Below, piece after piece: positions 58,166 through 64,000 of a stretch of DNA of 64,000 nucleotides. Location of the stretch: contig CAVRJM010000001.1 of NCBI GenBank assembly GCA_963722075.1, forward strand, positions 192,001 through 256,000, given 5' to 3'. Position 1 is the stretch's first letter, and the number at the start of each line of letters is the position of its first letter. The notes below the pieces were generated by a model that had not been told where the DNA came from, did no database searches, and saw only the letters and a program-made list of their open reading frames with translations. Both the position numbers and the translations under genes were made by a program. Source of the DNA: Candidatus Babeliales bacterium. GTDB lineage: Bacteria; Babelota; Babeliae; Babelales; JANWKD01.

Positions 58166-59119
58166 TCAAAAATTAATTGTTAAAGCAAAATTACGTAATT
58201 TTGCTTTTTTCTGTTTTAATAACTTCTTGCTTATACCAATAATAATTGCCATTGGGGTTCTCATAAGTAATTTCTTATTAATAATAGTTTCATCTTCATC
58301 TTCAAATAAATCTTCTTCCGGCGAGTGAGGATTATTTTGATGATCAATAATGAAAGAATCAAGAGAAGATTCGTCAGGGGTGCCAACTGAATATAAGTAA
58401 TGGTTAACTGGTTGATTTAATTGTTGTTTTAATTGAGTTCTAGCTGCCTCAATGGTGTGCATTGGTTTGTATTTTAGTGAAGTATGGTTATGGTTTTCTT
58501 CTGCAATTGGGATTAAGGAGTTTAACGAACTTAAATAATCTATAATAAAAGGATTAGGTTTTTTATGCATCTTTTGAAATTTTTGAATTGATTTGGGGGA
58601 AAAGCCGGCAGGTATTTTGAGTGATCGTTCACCAATTAATTGTTGTTTTAATAATTTACTTAATTCTTTGCACAGCACCGCGTGATGAAGTTTTTGTAAA
58701 GCGTTGGGAGTGCAAAGAGAGTTTTCATTTTCCCTAAATTGTTCAAATTCATGATATTTTATTTTATTTTCGGTATTTGATAGCGCTGTTTTTAATAGGT
58801 ACTGAGTAATAAAAGATGTTCTACGGAGAGTGGTAAATATAAGGGGCGGTAAATCTTGATATGTTTGTGAATCGATGAGTTCGAAAATAGTATAATAAGA
58901 TGTTGACGTTTTTAAACGATAACATCCACTATTGGCAATTTCTTCTATTGTTTGAAAATTTTGGATACTTTTAGGAGCCTTTAACATAGATATGATTGGT
59001 GAGGTAGGAAGTTCTACTTCTTCACGATACCGCTTAAGTGGATTTTTTTCAGATTCATTCATTGCGTGAATGTTAGTAATCGTTAAACCAATCAGAAATA
59101 AAATAATCAATTTTTTCAT
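58166..59119 (-). CDS. Secreted hypothetical protein
   Basis: Signal peptide ending HA-MN; PLKRYR basic motif; acidic then basic C-terminus. Confidence 0.7.
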   Translation of the reverse strand: MKKLIILFLIGLTITNIHAMNESEKNPLKRYREEVELPTSPIISMLKAPKSIQNFQTIEEIANSGCYRLKTSTSYYTIFELIDSQTYQDLPPLIFTTLRRTSFITQYLLKTALSNTENKIKYHEFEQFRENENSLCTPNALQKLHHAVLCKELSKLLKQQLIGERSLKIPAGFSPKSIQKFQKMHKKPNPFIIDYLSSLNSLIPIAEENHNHTSLKYKPMHTIEAARTQLKQQLNQPVNHYLYSVGTPDESSLDSFIIDHQNNPHSPEEDLFEDEDETIINKKLLMRTPMAIIIGISKKLLKQKKAKLRNFALTINF

Positions 59120-59274
59120 AGAGTTCCTAAAACACTTTTATTAATTTTTTTTACAAATATAGAATATAATCCTAGAAAAACTATTGTCAACTATAAAAAC
59201 AATTACGTTAATTACTTAAATCACGTTATACTTACAAGGAAAGCAAAAAAAATTAAATTACTAAGGAGTGCCCG

Positions 59275-60678
59275 GTGAGATCGCCAGATCAATTAAAGCA
59301 AATGGTAAATGATCTTTTGGTGCACCATCAATTAGTTAAGCACATTGTTGGTGATATTTACCAGCATAACGGTTCCAGTTTTTTAGTGGGTGGTGCGGTA
59401 CGTGATCTTATTCTTAATTTACCGGTTACCGATTTAGATATCGAAGTTCATGGGATTTCGCTCGAGGTATTAGAAAAAATATTGCGTGTTCATGGTATGG
59501 TAAATTATGTAGGCAAGGCATTTGGCGTGTTGCGCATAGAGCGTCTAGCGGTTGATTGGTCAATTCCGCGTGCTGATAAAGCAGGAAGAAAACCGTTGGT
59601 AAAGATCGATCCTTATATGAATATAAAAAAAGCATTTGAACGACGTGATTTAACCATGAATGCTATGGGGATAAATTTAATCACGTTAGAATTAGTTGAT
59701 CCATTTGATGGCTATAGCGATATGAAGGAAGGGGTGTTGCGTACACCTAATCCTGCTTTTTTTGTAGAAGATCCCTTGCGATTTTATCGCGTAATGGCAT
59801 TTATTGCGCGCTTTAATATGTGGCCTGATCGGCAATTAAATCGTCTTTGTGCAACCATGGATATTGCACATGTTTCGCATGAACGAATTGAAACAGAATA
59901 TAAAAAATGGTTGTTGAAATCTGAAAAACCATCGCAAACGTTAGTTTGGCTTGATATGATTGGGCGTTTACCAGAATTATTACCTGAGATTGCTGCTACC
60001 AAATCTATTTTACAAGAACCCGATTGGCACCCGGAGGGGAATGTTTTTGAACATACCAAGCAAACAATCGATGCCGCAGCATTATTGCATTATGAATCTT
60101 ATGAAAAAAAATTAGTTATTATGTATGCGGCTTTGTGTCATGATTTAGGAAAAATAGTAACGACAAAATTAAGAGATGGTCGTTTAACGTGTTATGACCA
60201 TCCAAGAAAAGGTATTTTTTTTACCAAAAAATTATTAAAAAGAGTTACTCATAATAAAAAACTGATTGCAAGTGTATGCAAATTAGTCGAAACTCATTTA
60301 TATCCGGCAGAATTTATTAAGGGGCATGCGCGGTTAAATGCCTATAAACGGTTAGCATTAAAACTGGCTCCTGAGGTAACGATGGCTATGCTTGCACTGG
60401 TATCATTAGCGGATAAAAGGGGAAGAAATAAAAGTAGAAAAGGACCATTAAATACAACGGAACCGGATATTGAAGCATTTTTAAAAAATGCACAAGCTGC
60501 TGGCGTATTAACAACGGTAGAAAAACCATTGTTAACGGGAAAAGATCTTATGCCGGAAATTGAACCTGGCCCGCTCATGGGAGCGCTTGTTAAACAAGCA
60601 TATGCCCTTCAGTTGCAAGAAGGAATCGATGACAAGGAAGCGCTCAAAAAGTTACTTTTAAAAAATTATAGTAAATAG
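59275..60678 (+). CDS. cca: CCA tRNA nucleotidyltransferase with HD domain
   Basis: LVGGAVRD, DLDIEV, RRDLTMNA, EDPLR, WHPEGNVFEHT, LCHDLGK. Confidence 0.9.
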   Translation: MRSPDQLKQMVNDLLVHHQLVKHIVGDIYQHNGSSFLVGGAVRDLILNLPVTDLDIEVHGISLEVLEKILRVHGMVNYVGKAFGVLRIERLAVDWSIPRADKAGRKPLVKIDPYMNIKKAFERRDLTMNAMGINLITLELVDPFDGYSDMKEGVLRTPNPAFFVEDPLRFYRVMAFIARFNMWPDRQLNRLCATMDIAHVSHERIETEYKKWLLKSEKPSQTLVWLDMIGRLPELLPEIAATKSILQEPDWHPEGNVFEHTKQTIDAAALLHYESYEKKLVIMYAALCHDLGKIVTTKLRDGRLTCYDHPRKGIFFTKKLLKRVTHNKKLIASVCKLVETHLYPAEFIKGHARLNAYKRLALKLAPEVTMAMLALVSLADKRGRNKSRKGPLNTTEPDIEAFLKNAQAAGVLTTVEKPLLTGKDLMPEIEPGPLMGALVKQAYALQLQEGIDDKEALKKLLLKNYSK

Positions 60679-60685
60679 GAATTAT

Positions 60686-61354
60686 ATGTTTGTAGGTAGT
60701 TATTTTGATCCATTAATAAAAGGTATGGTGTTTGGCATTACTATGGCTGCAATACCGGGGCCCATTTTTTTTCTTATTATGCAGCGTACCATTATGGAAG
60801 GAGAAATGGTTGGTTTTTTTTGCGGATTGGGATCAATAATTGCTGATGCTTTTTATGCGCTTTTAGCTGCTATCGGGTTATCTTATATTATGGATTTTTT
60901 AATTACATACCAATCAATTTTTGCATTTTTAGGAAGTATTTTTCTGTTATATTTAGGATATTCAATTTTTAAACGAGCACCGTTAACAAAAAATTTTGAA
61001 TTACAGGATAAAAGTTTGCTTGCGGCATTAGTTTCTACTTTTTTTCTAACGATTAGTAACCCCGTTACGATATTTTCGTATTGTGTTATTTTTGCCAGTC
61101 TTGGCATTGATGGAACTAATCATCATTGGTATTCTACGATACTGTTATTAACAGGCGTTGTTATTGGCTCGCTCTTTTTTGTGTTATTTTTTATAGGCTT
61201 TTTACATTATTTTAAAAATATCGTGTCATATCGCTATATTGTTATATTTAATAAGATAATCGGTGTTATATTAATGGGCTTTGCGCTTTTTGCTTTTATA
61301 AAATCATTTAGTCCTATCTTGCCCGATTGTTCTATTAAACAATTGTTATTATGA
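60686..61354 (+). CDS. LysE family translocator
   Basis: IPGPI, GLGSIIAD, LLYLGY, FFLTISNPVTI. Confidence 0.88.
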   Translation: MFVGSYFDPLIKGMVFGITMAAIPGPIFFLIMQRTIMEGEMVGFFCGLGSIIADAFYALLAAIGLSYIMDFLITYQSIFAFLGSIFLLYLGYSIFKRAPLTKNFELQDKSLLAALVSTFFLTISNPVTIFSYCVIFASLGIDGTNHHWYSTILLLTGVVIGSLFFVLFFIGFLHYFKNIVSYRYIVIFNKIIGVILMGFALFAFIKSFSPILPDCSIKQLLL

Positions 61355-61444
61355 TGGTTGATTAAGTAAAGTAAGTGAGAATGGGGTATTGAGTTACAAA
61401 AATTTGTACTCAAAGCTTATAAAATATGGGAATTTGAAATGCGC

Positions 61445-61664
61445 GTCGTTGCGAGCTTGCGAAGCAATCCAGATTAAAGAATTTGAATTATTTTTAGTTG
61501 CGTGGATTCTTACCGATCCTTCGCTAAAAGCTAGGTTGGTCGAAATGACAGTGAACTCAAAATGTCATCCTGAGGAGCGAATGCGATCGTAAAGACCAGA
61601 GAATAATAATTAAATTGAAAAATTTATTAATTAACCTGGATTGCTTCGACAAGCTCGCAACGAC
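61445..61664. repeat. Composite palindromic element (inverted pair enclosing other units)
   Basis: 61445-61472 and 61636-61664 are inverted copies; GTCATCCTGAGGAGCG and CCTTCGCTAAAAGCT units lie between them. Confidence 0.8.
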
Positions 61665-61742
61665 ATTCTAACCTTCTGCATATCAAGTTTCTGTAGTAAA
61701 TAATATACATTTGGAAAGATGAAATTTATCTAATAATTTTTA

Positions 61743-62444
61743 ATGAAAGTTACGATTATGGAAATAACTATGCATGGCAATTCATTATGGATGCTCGTTA
61801 TGCAATCTGATTTAATTACCAAATGTATTCTTATTATATTACTACTTCTTTCCATTATTGGTTGGACCATTTTCTTATATAAAATTATTTTATTACGGGT
61901 AAAAAGAAAACAATTTGGTCTTCTTATTAACCGCTTAAATGGTATTGACCTTTTTGATGAGTTACGTGCGCTCTCGGTGACCTTTAATGATACATTGCCG
62001 GGTTATTTTTTGCGCAAAAATTTTGTAAGTCTCAAGCATGTCTTAGAAGGTGAAACGCAAAAAACATTGCTTAATGAACGTGAAGTTTCCTTATTGCAAA
62101 ATCAGATGGATCAACATATTGAAACAATTTTGCAAACAGAAGAATCATATTTGCCATTTTTATTCACCAGTGCTTCGGTGGCTCCGTTGCTCGGTCTTTT
62201 TGGCACCGTATGGGGATTAGTACATGCCTTTATACGAATCAGTGAAAAGCAATCAGCAGATATTGCTACTGTTGCACCGGGGATTGCTGAAGCGCTTATT
62301 ACTACGCTAGCGGGATTAGTGGTGGCTATTCCAGCACTAGCTATGTACCATTATTTAGTAAATCAAGTTCGTTTTGTTGAACGGGAACTGGTGATTGTGG
62401 CTGATAAATTTAATTTTATTGTACAGAAAATGTTTATTAAATGA
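61743..62444 (+). CDS. tolQ: TolQ/ExbB (MotA family) proton channel
   Basis: APLLGLFGTVWGLVHAF, VAPGIAEALITTLAGLVVAIPA. Confidence 0.85.
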   Translation: MKVTIMEITMHGNSLWMLVMQSDLITKCILIILLLLSIIGWTIFLYKIILLRVKRKQFGLLINRLNGIDLFDELRALSVTFNDTLPGYFLRKNFVSLKHVLEGETQKTLLNEREVSLLQNQMDQHIETILQTEESYLPFLFTSASVAPLLGLFGTVWGLVHAFIRISEKQSADIATVAPGIAEALITTLAGLVVAIPALAMYHYLVNQVRFVERELVIVADKFNFIVQKMFIK

Positions 62445-62451
62445 GGTAGGT

Positions 62452-62892
62452 ATGGTACGTCGCCGTAGAAATCAAAGATTAGGTGCACATTTAGAAATTA
62501 CCCTAACGCCGCTTATTGATACTGCTTTAACGTTACTTATTATTTTTATGGTTACCACACCGATGATTCAAAATTCCATAAAAATAGATCTTCCTAAAGG
62601 GCAAGCGCAAGAAGGTGGCAAAGAAGCCGAAGAAATAGTGGTGGTAATTGATAAAAAAGATACAATTTACTGTAATAATAAACCGGTAAGTTTGGCTTCA
62701 TTGGGTACTGAGATAAAAAATGCTATAAGCTCCAAAGCAATGAAAGAAGGAAATAGAGTTTGGGTGAAGGTTGATCGGCAAACATGCTCAGCTGATAGTC
62801 TCATCAGCGTCATAGATTGTATTAAAGTTGTCGGGGGTGTTAAGGATGTCGCTATTGCAACCGAAAAATCGGGTGGTGCAGCAACTGCCTAA
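62452..62892 (+). CDS. tolR: TolR/ExbD
   Basis: EITLTPLIDTALTLLIIFMVTTP, IKIDLP; start set at ATG 62452. Confidence 0.85.
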   Translation: MVRRRRNQRLGAHLEITLTPLIDTALTLLIIFMVTTPMIQNSIKIDLPKGQAQEGGKEAEEIVVVIDKKDTIYCNNKPVSLASLGTEIKNAISSKAMKEGNRVWVKVDRQTCSADSLISVIDCIKVVGGVKDVAIATEKSGGAATA

Positions 62893-63639
62893 AAAAACTA
62901 TTTTCTTGGGTAAATTATTATTTTGGTGCATTGTACTCCATAGTATAATACTCATTCTTTTTTTATGCTGACGCACGTGAAAAAAGCAATTTTTTTAGAT
63001 ACACTTCATGAAAATGCTCCTGTCGTTTTTGTTCCATTACTTAAAACATCCGGATTATTAACGGAGCAAAAATCACCTATTTCTATTCCAGGAAAAAATG
63101 AGCCCCTTAAAAAAGCTATGCCGATAAAAAAAAATATTTCTTCATCAGCAAAGCTGATTAAACCCTTAGATAAAAAAGCTGTTGTTAAAAAAGAGCCGGT
63201 AGTAAAAAAAACAACGATGCCTATTGAGAAAAAAAAAGAAATTAAAACTCCCGAAATCAAAAAAAAAGAACCAGATATAAAAAAAGCAGCGGTAGCTGTT
63301 CCAGAAACAAAAAAAGCTAATACTATTCCAGTAACAGCAGAAAATAAGGTTCCTGATAAAAAACAAACGCTGCAATTAGTAGGACGTGATGATTTAGAAA
63401 TAATGGCATTAAGTAATCAAGTAAAAGAAACCATTTTATCACAATGGAAACGGCCGACTAATATTCCATTGGAATCGGTGTGCCAAGTACGGGTGATTAT
63501 TGATAAAAATGGCAGTAAAGAAATTATCATTGAAAAATCATCTCAGGCATTGATGCTTGATATCGCTGTACGCAATTTTTTAACGCACTATGAATTTCCT
63601 AACCAGGCATGGGATAAGGAATTTGTAATTAATTTTTAA
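62873..63639 (+). CDS. TolA/TonB-like protein, frameshifted at a T7 run (62958-62964)
   Basis: Upstream frame encodes the TM anchor FWCIVLHSIILIL; downstream frame has a Lys/Pro-rich linker and a TonB/TolA C-domain (WKRP, SS...LD). Confidence 0.7.
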
Positions 63640-63650
63640 TGAGTTGAATT

Positions 63651-64000
63651 ATGAATATATCGGACTTTTTTTATTTTATTAATGGATTGCTTCGGCAAGC
63701 TCGCAATGACATTTCTTTATTTTTTTACAGCATGTTGTCATTCCGAGCGGAGCGTGGGAATCCATTAATATATATCTTCCTCATATTTACTTTCCTCGTA
63801 TGGGGAAATGTAAACGGTAATCAAAAATTAACTATCAATTTAACTAACCAGCAACAGCAAAAAATGAAGCTTCTATTTGGCCTCATTAAACCCACGCCAT
63901 TAGTAAAAGAAGTAACTCAACACATTAAGCAAGATATCTCTTGTCAGCAGCAAAAATTAATGGGCTTTGAAATTAACATACAAGAATTTGAATCTATTCC
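63651..64000 (+). CDS. Probable TolB N-terminus (partial, runs off the window), with in-frame palindromic repeats
   Basis: Open frame to the window end; signal-like IYIFLIFTFLVWG, then LTINLT..EVTQHIKQDI; lies after tolQRA. Confidence 0.55.
   Translation, partial: MNISDFFYFINGLLRQARNDISLFFYSMLSFRAERGNPLIYIFLIFTFLVWGNVNGNQKLTINLTNQQQQKMKLLFGLIKPTPLVKEVTQHIKQDISCQQQKLMGFEINIQEFESI

Overview
AT-rich bacterial chromosome segment. It carries two tandem Tlc-type nucleotide translocases, ankyrin proteins and many signal-peptide-bearing eukaryote-like proteins, which points to an intracellular parasite or symbiont of protists. The overall style resembles Candidatus Dependentiae (TM6/Babeliae), but that assignment is inference only. 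The housekeeping backbone is mreB, rsmA, glmS, rpsI, tRNA-Thr, a DksA-like gene, tadA, gyrB, rapZ, ftsB, sodA, lysS, recJ, cmk, lon, rpsB, tRNA-Ser, ffs, dnaX, der, hpf, dsbD, cca and tolQRAB. It is interleaved with islands of putative secreted effectors. The standout is a roughly 10-kb array (24.3-34.1 kb) of six multi-C2H2 zinc-finger proteins. Five have a Sec-type signal peptide, all six have a KRK(R) nuclear-localisation motif, and they carry acidic tracts and C-terminal LxxLL-like motifs, so they look like exported eukaryote-style transcription factors. A secreted cPLA2-type phospholipase is embedded in the array. Other putative effectors carry UIM+PSAP, F-box-like and BC-box-like motifs, and most share Met-(D/E/N/Q/H/K) right after the signal peptide. 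Also present are nested palindromic repeat families (two copies lie in-frame in the tolB-like ORF), an intact IS701-like element that splits a signal peptide, three homopolymer frameshifts (tadA, tolA and a hypothetical gene), a gene with two in-frame TAG codons, and an unexplained structured-RNA candidate. No CRISPR array or rRNA was seen.
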